Source: an uncultured Deinococcales bacterium
GTDB taxonomy: Bacteria > Deinococcota > Deinococci > Deinococcales > JAAFIG01
Assembly: GCA_964247135.1 (NCBI GenBank)
Contig: CAXTTL010000055.1
Span: 1 to 22,864 of the forward strand
DNA: 22,864 nucleotides
Reading direction: 5' to 3'
The stretch's first letter is position 1; each line of letters opens with the position of its first letter. A program made the position numbers and the translations under genes. Shown here one piece after another: positions 7,035 to 14,708 of this stretch. The notes under the pieces were generated by a model. That model was not told the origin of the DNA. It searched no databases and was given only the letters and a program-made list of their open reading frames with translations.

Positions 7035-9139
7035 GCGCCGCATTGCTCGAAGTTTCTCCAGTGGTATTGGCACAACGCACATCAACTCGCACGACCTGCC
7101 CTTACTGCGCGGTGCAATGCAGTTTTGACATTGCCGTTGAGACTGGCGCAGCCGTTGCCATGAAACCCACCAAAGATTGCCCCGTGGCGGGTGGTTCGGT
7201 CTGCAAAAAAGGCTTGAATGCGCTCGAGTTGGTCAACCACCCAGAGCGCCTTCTCACCCCACTGGTGCGCAAAAATGGGACCCTTGAGCCTGCAACTTGG
7301 GAAGAAGCCCTGACCAAAGTTGTGGACGGCATGAAATCCGTTCGGGCGGCACACGGCGCCAACGCTTATGGCGTGTTTGGCGGCGGCAGCCTCAGCAACG
7401 AACACGTTTACCTACTTTCAAAATTCGCTCGAGTCGCCATGCAGACCGCCAACATCGATTACAATGGACGCTTTTGCATGAGCACCGCCGCCGCCGCGAT
7501 GCGAGCCGTTTACGGCATGGATCGCGGTTTGCCGTTTCCGCTCGAGAAACTGACCGAAAAAGACTGCATCGTGCTGTGGGGTGCGAACCTCGCCGAAACC
7601 TTGCCGCCCGTTTCCCAGTACATTTTGAAAGCCAGAAAAGCGGGAGCGCCGATCATCGTGATCGACCCGCGCCCAACCCGCACCTCGAGCCTGGCGACGC
7701 ATTATTTGCCGGTCAAACCAGGCGGCGATTTGGCGTTGGCGTTGGCGTTGCTGCACGTGATTGTTGCCGAAGCCCGCGAACACTGGGCGTTCCTCGAGAA
7801 ACGCACGGTCGGCTGGGAATCTGTTATGAAATCTGTAATCGATTGCAGCCCAGAATGGGCGAGCGAAAAGTGTGGACTGGACGCCCAAGTTATTCGTGAT
7901 ACCGCACGTCTGATGGCTCGAGCCGTCAGTGCGCCCGATGCGAGATTCGGCGGTCTGGTGATTCTCTCCGGGCGCGGTCCTGAGCAGCAATCCAAGGGTG
8001 TGGACACGATCAAGGCGATCATCAACCTGGCACTCAGTTTGGGCGGCATTTACGCGCCGTTGACGGGTCAGGGCAACGGTCAGGGCGGGCGCGAGCACGG
8101 TCAGAAAGCCGACCAACTGCCAGGTTACCGCAGCATTCAAGACCCGTTGGCTCGAGGTTATTTTGCCGCACATTGGGGCATCGACGAGGACGACTTGCCC
8201 GGCAAGGGATTGAGCGCCCAGGAGATGCTCGAGGCGTGTGGCGGCAGCGTCAAAGGTTTGTTCGTGATTGGCTCGAACGTCGTGGTCAGCGCCCCCGACG
8301 CAAGCAAACTCGAGGTAAACCTGAAAAAACTCGAGCATCTGGTGGTGGTGGATTTTTTCCTGTCCGAAACCGCCGCACTTGCCGAAGTCGTGCTGCCAGG
8401 GTCGATGTGGCTCGAGACAGACGGCACGATGACCAACCTCGAGGGGCGCGTCTTGCGTCGCCGCAAGGTGCAAGACACCCCAGGCGAAGCTCGAGAAGAC
8501 TGGAAAATCCTTTGCGAAATTGGCGCGAGGCTGGGGCATCCAGAGAAATTCTTGTACCAAAGTGTTGAAGAGATTTTTCAGGATTTTGTGGTTTCAACTC
8601 GAGGTGCGCCAGCCGATTACTCGGGTTTGACCTTCGAGAAAATCGGGACGAAAGGCGTGTTTTGGCCTTGTCCGCACCCGAATCATCCAGGCACGCCAGA
8701 ACCTTTTGCCAAATTTTTCGCCCATCAAGACGGACGGGCGCACTTGGCGGTCGTCGAATACCGTGACAGCGCGGAAATACCGAACCTCGAGTACCCACTT
8801 TTTTTAACCACTGGGCGCGATGTCAACCATTACCAAAGCGGCACGCAAACGCGGCGCAGCAGTTTAAACGCCAAAAGCCCGCACGCCCTGGCGCAAATGC
8901 ACCCCAGCCTCGCATCGCAACACAAACTCGAGAATGGCGCAGCAGTGCAACTCGAGACAAGGCGTGGCGTGGGCGATTTTAAAGTTTTATACGACGAGAA
9001 GATGCGAATAGACACCGTGTTCGTTTCCTTTCATTACGCGGGAACCCAAGCCATCAACCGTTTGACCTCACCCGCCCTTGATCCAACCTCGAGAATGCCC
9101 GAATTTAAGGTTTGTGCCGTAAAAATCGTCGTCCCGTAG
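7031..9139 (+). CDS. nasA: assimilatory nitrate reductase catalytic subunit (Mo-bisPGD)
   Basis: [4Fe-4S] motif TCPYCAVQC...CKKG; NIDYNGRFCMSTA; LTGQGNGQGGRE; LTTGR; C-terminal ALDPTSRMPEFKVCAV. Confidence 0.93.
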   Translation: MSAALLEVSPVVLAQRTSTRTTCPYCAVQCSFDIAVETGAAVAMKPTKDCPVAGGSVCKKGLNALELVNHPERLLTPLVRKNGTLEPATWEEALTKVVDGMKSVRAAHGANAYGVFGGGSLSNEHVYLLSKFARVAMQTANIDYNGRFCMSTAAAAMRAVYGMDRGLPFPLEKLTEKDCIVLWGANLAETLPPVSQYILKARKAGAPIIVIDPRPTRTSSLATHYLPVKPGGDLALALALLHVIVAEAREHWAFLEKRTVGWESVMKSVIDCSPEWASEKCGLDAQVIRDTARLMARAVSAPDARFGGLVILSGRGPEQQSKGVDTIKAIINLALSLGGIYAPLTGQGNGQGGREHGQKADQLPGYRSIQDPLARGYFAAHWGIDEDDLPGKGLSAQEMLEACGGSVKGLFVIGSNVVVSAPDASKLEVNLKKLEHLVVVDFFLSETAALAEVVLPGSMWLETDGTMTNLEGRVLRRRKVQDTPGEAREDWKILCEIGARLGHPEKFLYQSVEEIFQDFVVSTRGAPADYSGLTFEKIGTKGVFWPCPHPNHPGTPEPFAKFFAHQDGRAHLAVVEYRDSAEIPNLEYPLFLTTGRDVNHYQSGTQTRRSSLNAKSPHALAQMHPSLASQHKLENGAAVQLETRRGVGDFKVLYDEKMRIDTVFVSFHYAGTQAINRLTSPALDPTSRMPEFKVCAVKIVVP

Positions 9140-9160
9140 GGGATGGAAACCATCCCCTAC
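9136..9160. repeat. GTAG-type REP-like palindrome
   Basis: GTAGGGGATGG-AAA-CCATCCCCTAC with perfect 11-bp arms; same arms as the copies at 18264 and 22522. Confidence 0.85.
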
Positions 9161-9180
9161 ATCAATCCAAAGGAGTTTCC

Positions 9181-10428
9181 ATGACCAAGAAAAAAGTGTT
9201 GCTCGAGTCCCGTGTTTCCCGCCGTGATTTTTTGAAGGTCGCGGCTGGAACGGCTGCCAGTTTCGCCCTGCCGAACATCTGGATTCAATCCAAAGCCGCC
9301 AGTACGATCAAACTGGGTTTTATCGCCCTGACCGATTCCGCCAGCATCATCATGGCGAAAGAATTGGGTTTGTACAAAAAGTACGGCGTCGATGTCGAGG
9401 TCGTGAAGCAGGCATCATGGGCTGCGCTTCGTGACGGTGTTTTAAACGGCGACATTCAAGGTGCGCACTGTCTGTTTGGAATGCCGTTCAGTGTTTACTC
9501 GGGCATTGGCGGGCAGGCGGGCAAGGAAATGCCGATTGCCATGATTTTGAGCAACAACGGTCAAGGCATTACCTTGGCAAACGCCCTCGGTGAAGTTGGA
9601 CGCGATCCGAAAAAACTCAAGGGGGCGCTCGAGAAACTCGTCGCGGACGGCAAAGACACCACCTTTGCCATGACCTTCCCAGGTGGCACGCACGACATGT
9701 GGTTGCGCAATTACCTCGAGTTCGCGGGCGTTGATGCCAGCGTGACCGGCAAGCAACGCATCATCACGATTCCACCGCCGCAGATGGTGGCGAACATGAA
9801 GGTCGGGAACATGATCGGTTATTCGGTAGGTGAGCCTTGGAACGGTGTTGCGGTGCAACAAAAAATTGGTTTTACCGCCATCACCAGCCAAGAAATCTGG
9901 AAGCATCACCCCGAAAAAGCCTTGGTTTTAAACAAAGCCTTCAGCAGCCAAAAAGATGAAGTCAAAGCGATCATGAAAGCCGTGCTCGAGGCGTCTGCCT
10001 GGCTCGATGAGGTCGGTAACATTCGCAAAGCCGCCACCACCATTGGTTCGGCGCAGTACGTCAACGCCAGCCCCGATGTGATCGGTGCGAGGCTCGAGGG
10101 ACGTTACGATTTGGGCAACGGGCTTGGGACAAAGCAATTTTTGGATGACCGCATGTTGTTCTCGCGCGGCGGCAAGGTTTCGATGCCTCGCTTGGCGCAC
10201 GGCATTTGGTTTCTGGCGCAGTACGCCCGATTTGGGTATAAACCCTTCCCAGCGGATGCCAAAGCCATTGCCGACAAACTCATCATGCAAGACCTTTACG
10301 CCGAGGTCGCCAAAGAGGTTGGCTTGAGCCTGCCGACCGACGACATGAAACCCTGGACGATGACCCTGGACAAATCCAAGTTCGATCCGAACAACCCAGC
10401 CGCCTACCTCAAAGACGCCAGCAAGTAA
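9181..10428 (+). CDS. nrtA: nitrate/nitrite ABC transporter substrate-binding protein (NrtA/CmpA family), Tat signal
   Basis: Start moved to ATG 9181 after RBS AAGGAG. SRRDFLK twin-arginine motif; LGFIALTDSA, FAMTFPGGTHD, IPPPQMVANM, GEPWN, HPEK. Confidence 0.9.
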   Translation: MTKKKVLLESRVSRRDFLKVAAGTAASFALPNIWIQSKAASTIKLGFIALTDSASIIMAKELGLYKKYGVDVEVVKQASWAALRDGVLNGDIQGAHCLFGMPFSVYSGIGGQAGKEMPIAMILSNNGQGITLANALGEVGRDPKKLKGALEKLVADGKDTTFAMTFPGGTHDMWLRNYLEFAGVDASVTGKQRIITIPPPQMVANMKVGNMIGYSVGEPWNGVAVQQKIGFTAITSQEIWKHHPEKALVLNKAFSSQKDEVKAIMKAVLEASAWLDEVGNIRKAATTIGSAQYVNASPDVIGARLEGRYDLGNGLGTKQFLDDRMLFSRGGKVSMPRLAHGIWFLAQYARFGYKPFPADAKAIADKLIMQDLYAEVAKEVGLSLPTDDMKPWTMTLDKSKFDPNNPAAYLKDASK

Positions 10429-10440
10429 GAAAGGAGCGCC

Positions 10441-11280
10441 ATGAACCGAGAAATCAGCCGTTCAAACTCCAACCTCGAGACGCCCAAAGCCCCCGCCTTA
10501 CCCGCCTGGTTGCGCTCGAGCCTCACGACCCTGGCGTTCACGCTCGGCAGCTTGAGCCTGATTGTGGCGGTCTGGTTGATCGTGCGGGCTTTTGTTGGCA
10601 CCGATTTGCCCTCGCCGCTGGCAACGGTTGCTGTCTTTTGGGATTTGATCAAAAACCCATTCCATTACGGCGGACCCAACGACCAAGGGGTTGGCTTGCT
10701 GTTGCTCTCGAGTTTGGAGCGCGTCGGTTTGGGTTGGTTTCTGGGCGCGGTGGTTGCCGTGCCGCTCGGGATTTTGATGGGTTCGGTGCAATTTGTTCAT
10801 CGGCTGGTCAACCCGATTGTGCAAGTGCTGCGCCCCGTCTCGCCGCTGGCTTGGTATCCGCTCGCGCTCGTCGCCATCAAAAGTGCGCCCAATGCCCTGG
10901 TCTTCGTGATTTTCATTACCAGTTTGTGGCCAACTGTTATTAACACCTATTTTGGCGTGGCAGCCGTGCCAAAAGATTTTAAGAACGTTGCCAAAGTCTT
11001 CAATTTCTCGAGCGACCGTTACGTGCGCCGCGTGCTCTTACCGTTTGCCATGCCGCACATCGTGACTGGCTTGCGCGTTAGCCTTGGCATTGCCTGGATG
11101 GTCATTGTCGCCGCCGAAATGCTTTCCGGCGCGAGTGGTATCGGGTTTTTCGCCTGGGATTCGTATAACGCCTTAAGTTACGAAAAAGTCATCAGCGCCA
11201 TTGCCTTAATTGGCTTGACCGGTTTGCTGTTCGACAAGGGTTTCGATTGGCTCTCGAGAAAAGTTTCTTACGGCGGATAA
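10441..11280 (+). CDS. nrtB: nitrate ABC transporter permease
   Basis: RBS AAAGGAG; SL.RV, QVLRPVSPLAWYP, WPTVINT, LGIAWMVIVAAEML, GIGFFAWD.YN. Confidence 0.92.
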   Translation: MNREISRSNSNLETPKAPALPAWLRSSLTTLAFTLGSLSLIVAVWLIVRAFVGTDLPSPLATVAVFWDLIKNPFHYGGPNDQGVGLLLLSSLERVGLGWFLGAVVAVPLGILMGSVQFVHRLVNPIVQVLRPVSPLAWYPLALVAIKSAPNALVFVIFITSLWPTVINTYFGVAAVPKDFKNVAKVFNFSSDRYVRRVLLPFAMPHIVTGLRVSLGIAWMVIVAAEMLSGASGIGFFAWDSYNALSYEKVISAIALIGLTGLLFDKGFDWLSRKVSYGG

Positions 11281-11290
11281 TCGGTGTCAT

Positions 11291-11317
11291 GTAGGGGCTA
11301 GACGCGTCTTGCCCTAC
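11291..11317. repeat. GTAG-type REP-like palindrome
   Basis: GTAGGGGCTAGACGCGTCTTGCCCTAC, an imperfect palindrome with GTAG at both ends. Confidence 0.75.
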
Positions 11318-11391
11318 GCGGAAATTTCATATTTTGTGCGTCATTTTTTGGGTTTGAATTACAGCGTTATCAAACCAATGTATCGGAGTTT

Positions 11392-11488
11392 GTAGGGTGC
11401 GCCCCGCGCACCGACATTCACGTGAACAATGGTGCGCGAGGCGACCATGCCCGCAAGGTGCATTTTATGGTCAAGACGCGCACCCTAC
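11392..11488. repeat. inverted REP doublet (REPIN-like) with a 37-nt insert in the right REP
   Basis: Left REP GTAGGGTGCGCCCCGCGCACC (11392-11412). Right REP GGTGCGCGAG[insert 11441-11477]GCGCACCCTAC is the reverse complement of the left with one mismatch once the insert is removed. Confidence 0.8.
11441..11477 (+). mobile_element. 37-nt structured mini-insert GCG...CAAGAC
   Basis: Interrupts a REP; shares ends, core GCCCG-NN-AGGTGC and fold with the 14614-14653 insert. Confidence 0.6.
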
Positions 11489-11499
11489 CGGAGGATTTC

Positions 11500-12318
11500 A
11501 TGACCTTAAAACTCGAGAAGGCAAACACTGGCATCGAAATCAAAAACCTTTCCAAACACTTTCCTGGCAAGAACGGCGGTTACACCGCGCTCGAGGCGGT
11601 TGATCTCGAGATTGGCGCGGGTGAATTTGTCAGTTTGATCGGGCATTCGGGTTGTGGCAAAAGCACGTTGCTGTCCATGATCGCTGGTCTCGAGAAACCC
11701 AGTACGGGTTTTGTCAAGCTCGAGGGGCAGGAGATCAAAGGTCCTGGTCCAGACCGTGCGGTGGTGTTTCAAAATTATTCGCTCTTGCCGTGGTTGACGG
11801 TTGAATACAACGTGCTCGAGGCGATTGAGGCATCGTGTCCCGAGATGGACAACCTCACGCAGGTCGGACGTTGCGAAGAGTATTTGCGAGCCGTCGGTTT
11901 GTGGCAGCACAGGCACAAACGCCCGCACGAGATTTCGGGCGGCATGAAGCAACGTGTGGCGATTGCCAGGGCGTTTGCGATCAATCCTCGGGTGATGCTG
12001 CTGGACGAGCCGTTTGGGGCGCTGGACGCCCTGACACGCGGTGGTTTGCAGGAGCAACTGAACAAAATGCTCTACGGTGAGTCCAAAGCCGAAACCGTGG
12101 TGATGGTGACGCACGATATCGACGAGGCGATGTATCTGTCTGACCGTATTGTGATTATGAGTAATGGTCCAAAAGCCAGAATTTTTGACGTGATCGACGT
12201 GCCATTTGCCCGTCCTCGCAACCGCACTGAAATGACCAAGACTCTCGAGTATGCCGAGTTGCGCGAGCGTTTGGTCAGGATTTTGACGGTGGATTTGGCG
12301 GTCAAAGAGGCGGCTTGA
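11500..12318 (+). CDS. nrtD: nitrate ABC transporter ATP-binding protein
   Basis: Start moved to ATG 11500 after RBS GGAGGA. Walker A GHSGCGKST, VFQNYSLLPW, ISGGMKQRVAIARA, LLDEPFGALDA; no C-terminal NrtC regulatory domain. Confidence 0.9.
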   Translation: MTLKLEKANTGIEIKNLSKHFPGKNGGYTALEAVDLEIGAGEFVSLIGHSGCGKSTLLSMIAGLEKPSTGFVKLEGQEIKGPGPDRAVVFQNYSLLPWLTVEYNVLEAIEASCPEMDNLTQVGRCEEYLRAVGLWQHRHKRPHEISGGMKQRVAIARAFAINPRVMLLDEPFGALDALTRGGLQEQLNKMLYGESKAETVVMVTHDIDEAMYLSDRIVIMSNGPKARIFDVIDVPFARPRNRTEMTKTLEYAELRERLVRILTVDLAVKEAA

Positions 12319-12320
12319 AT

Positions 12321-12677
12321 TCACTTTAGACTGACTGTGATTGTCGTTGGAGCACTTGAATCACTGCCAATGTATGCGCGAACAGTCACAAACCCAGTTG
12401 CCAATCCTGTGACGATTCCATTTGTGACAGTTGCAATATGTTGATCCTGTGAAATCCAAGTGGTAATCATGCTCATTGAATAGCTTGGCGTTAATGTCAC
12501 ACTTTCACCAACTTTGATTTTGACCTCTTGTGGCATCAGAAAAAAAGGCGGTGGCAAACGAACTCCAGGGCTTAAACAAGACGAACTTAGCAGCACAAAC
12601 CCTAGACATAACCAAAGCAAGTACAACTGTTTAGGAAGTACACCCAAAACGTGGTTTTGAAATTTTTTGGATAACAT
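12321..12677 (-). CDS. small lipoprotein with a bacterial Ig-like (Big_2-like) domain
   Basis: ATG 12677 preceded by GAGAAGGTGG; hydrophobic stretch ending LLSSSC; KVGESVTLT...TW.S.D..IATV.NG.VTG.A.G...V pattern. Confidence 0.6.
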   Translation of the reverse strand: MLSKKFQNHVLGVLPKQLYLLWLCLGFVLLSSSCLSPGVRLPPPFFLMPQEVKIKVGESVTLTPSYSMSMITTWISQDQHIATVTNGIVTGLATGFVTVRAYIGSDSSAPTTITVSLK

Positions 12678-12967
12678 GATCCACCTTCTCAAAATGATTT
12701 TTGAGTTTTCGGTCTAAGGCAAAAAATGAAGCCGTGTTTCGTATTAGACTCTTGCTTTTAAAGCCTGTCAAGCACTGCTCAAATTAAAAAGTCAATAAGA
12801 ACAACACGTCATATTCAACAAATTCTATTCTTTCTTTGGTCGCTCGAGTGTTCCTTCGCTCGAGTGCATTTTTATTGTGCTGCTCGAGATAAACGATGTT
12901 AGGTTTCTCATTCCCCTGGGCTTGTATTCCAGCAAACGAAACTTTGTAGACAAATACGTTTAAGATA

Positions 12968-12980
12968 GACAAAAGTTGTC
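12968..12980. promoter_or_regulatory. candidate operator upstream of the cys operon
   Basis: Palindrome GACAA-AAG-TTGTC within an AT-rich region; TAGACAAA is directly repeated at 12947 and 12966. Confidence 0.3.
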
Positions 12981-13016
12981 AGTTTATAAATCTTGTAAAC
13001 TACATTTAAGGACGCC

Positions 13017-13076
13017 ATGCCCGAGCAACACCACAACACACGAATGTCCACAGTCACACGCTGTTGGGCTTGTTGA
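13017..13076 (+). CDS. candidate Cys-containing leader peptide MPEQHHNTRMSTVTRCWAC
   Basis: RBS AAGGA at 13008-13012; ATG 13017; two TGT codons in the last four codons; upstream of cysC. Confidence 0.4.
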   Translation: MPEQHHNTRMSTVTRCWAC

Positions 13077-13233
13077 CGCTCGAGGTTTTCAAACCATCAA
13101 CCATCACCCAAAAGGCGCAAGGTTTCACGCCCGTTAAAGGAATTTTGATGCCCAGCAAAAAACACCTACGATGTCGAATGCATCAACCCTTCCCGAACTC
13201 AAACCAGCCACAATTTCTTTAAGGAGCAACAAC

Positions 13234-13770
13234 ATGAGCGGAGCAGTCATTTGGTTTACCGGATTATCAGGCGCAGGCAAAACCACCATCGTCAAAGCAC
13301 TCGAACCAGTGCTGCTCGAGGCGGGGCATAAAGTTCAAATCCTCGACGGTGACGCCGTGCGCGAAACACTTTCCAAAGGCTTGGGATTTTCCAGGGAAGA
13401 CCGCGACACCAACATTCGCCGCATTGGATTTGTGGCAAACCTGCTCGCCAAGCACGGCGTGGTGACCCTGGTCAGCGCCATCAGCCCCTACCGCGACACG
13501 CGCCGCGAAGTGCTGGCGGAAGCCGATAAAAGCTTGGAGGTGTTTGTGGATGCCCCACTCGAGACGGTCAGCAGCCGCGATGTGAAGGGCTTGTACAAAA
13601 AAGCCCTCGCAGGCGAAATTCAACATTTCACAGGCGTCAGCGACCCTTACGAAGCCCCAGAAAACCCCGAACTTCACCTTCGCACCGACCTTGAAAGCCT
13701 CGAGCAAAGCGTAGACCGTGTACTCGAGAAACTCGACAGCCTCGGAATTCGAGTCCCAGTCAAAGCATGA
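13234..13770 (+). CDS. cysC: adenylyl-sulfate kinase
   Basis: Start moved to ATG 13234 after [53 protein letters not shown]. Confidence 0.96.
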   Translation: MSGAVIWFTGLSGAGKTTIVKALEPVLLEAGHKVQILDGDAVRETLSKGLGFSREDRDTNIRRIGFVANLLAKHGVVTLVSAISPYRDTRREVLAEADKSLEVFVDAPLETVSSRDVKGLYKKALAGEIQHFTGVSDPYEAPENPELHLRTDLESLEQSVDRVLEKLDSLGIRVPVKA

Positions 13771-14426
13771 ACACCGTTCTCGAGCCACCTTCAACCAGCC
13801 AAGACCCGCTCGGGTTTATTGGCTGGGCGCTCACGGCTTACCCCGATGTGGTCATGCCGAGCGCGTTTAACCTCAACGGCATCGTGCTGATTGATTTTGC
13901 TGCTCGAGCAGGTTACACGGGAAAAGTGCTTTTTGTCGACACCGATTATCACTTCCGCGAGACGCTGCAAACCCGAGATGTCCTGAAAGCCAAATACCCG
14001 CAACTCGAGTTTGTCACGCTGAATGCAGGCTTACTGCTCGACGATTTGTACTTGACCGACACTGACGCCTGCTGCGCCGCACGCAAAGTTGCGCCACTGC
14101 AAAATTACCTTGCCGAGCACAACCCAACTGCCGTCCTGAACGCCCGCAGCCGTGACCAAGCCAGCACCCGCAGTGAGATTCCCCTGATCGAACACGGCGC
14201 TCGAGTCAAACTCAACCCGCTCGCCAACTGGACAAGGCAAGACCTCGAGGCTTACGCCAGAGAACACGACCTGCCCATCAACCCACTGTACTTCGATGGT
14301 TTTTTAAGCATCGGTTGCGCTCCCTGCACCCGCGCCGTGCGCCCAGGCGAGGACGCTCGAGCGGGACGTTGGGCAGGACAAGGCAAGACCGAATGTGGAC
14401 TTTGGGTTGGGCAAAACGCGATTTGA
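13767..14426 (+). CDS. cysH: (phospho)adenylyl-sulfate reductase, Fe-S type
   Basis: [45 protein letters not shown]. Confidence 0.93.
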   Translation: MNTVLEPPSTSQDPLGFIGWALTAYPDVVMPSAFNLNGIVLIDFAARAGYTGKVLFVDTDYHFRETLQTRDVLKAKYPQLEFVTLNAGLLLDDLYLTDTDACCAARKVAPLQNYLAEHNPTAVLNARSRDQASTRSEIPLIEHGARVKLNPLANWTRQDLEAYAREHDLPINPLYFDGFLSIGCAPCTRAVRPGEDARAGRWAGQGKTECGLWVGQNAI

Positions 14427-14512
14427 CGGCATTGATTTAAAATGCAGACACAGCAACAGCAGGGCAACAAAGCAATGACGCGGCAAGAATCAACAACGCA
14501 ACGTCAAAGGCA

Positions 14513-14536
14513 GGGCGCAGCAAGCAGCGCCCCTAC
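14513..14536 (-). repeat. GTAG-type REP-like palindrome
   Basis: Minus strand reads GTAGGGGCGCTGCTTGCTGCGCCC: GTAG followed by an imperfect GC-rich hairpin. Confidence 0.75.
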
Positions 14537-14587
14537 AACAAAACAAAAATCAAAAGACGAACAATGCCACCACACCACATATCAATT

Positions 14588-14670
14588 AAACTCCCTTCTC
14601 TCCTAGGAGAGAAGCGCACCAAGCCCGTCAGGTGCTGCCGTAAGGTGCAAGACGGGTCGGGGATGAGAGG
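14588..14670. repeat. inverted copy of the 3890-3933 repeat carrying a 40-nt insert
   Basis: AAACTCCCTTCTCTCCTAGGAGAGAA[insert]GGGTCGGGGATGAGAGG matches the reverse complement of 3890-3932 with one mismatch outside the insert. Confidence 0.85.
14614..14653 (+). mobile_element. 40-nt structured mini-insert GCG...CAAGAC
   Basis: Absent from the empty copy at 3890-3933; homologous in ends and fold to 11441-11477. Confidence 0.65.
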
Positions 14671-14708
14671 GCAGCGCAACCAGCCTACCCCCGCCACAAA
14701 GGAAACCC

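Noticed and set aside
4030-8560. Long antisense ORFs (4030-4602, 4648-5682, 5734-6225, 7418-8560) and similar ones at 11506-12324, 15009-15755, 16655-17311, 18578-19360
   Set aside because: Shadow frames opposite well-supported genes, with no recognisable motifs or RBS; expected from codon bias.
12250-12842. Longest CTCGAG-free gap (~590 bp) as proof of foreign DNA
   Set aside because: With mean spacing ~130 bp and ~174 intervals, one or two gaps this long are expected by chance; gaps of ~500 bp occur in native-looking genes.
12784-12972. 62-aa minus-strand ORF in the cys upstream region
   Set aside because: No recognisable domain, lies in AT-rich regulatory DNA, and has no convincing start.
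14442-14606. 54-codon Gln-rich ORF (MQTQQQQGNK...) in the cysH-sat spacer
   Set aside because: No RBS, runs through two repeats, and the T-poor composition makes stop codons rare.
14588-14700. Possible SAM riboswitch ahead of sat (GCCCG...GGTGC)
   Set aside because: Lacks SAM-I core elements (ATC..GAG, GAGGGA, GCAAC) and is fully explained as a repeat plus an insert also found in the nitrate operon; an Rfam scan would settle it.
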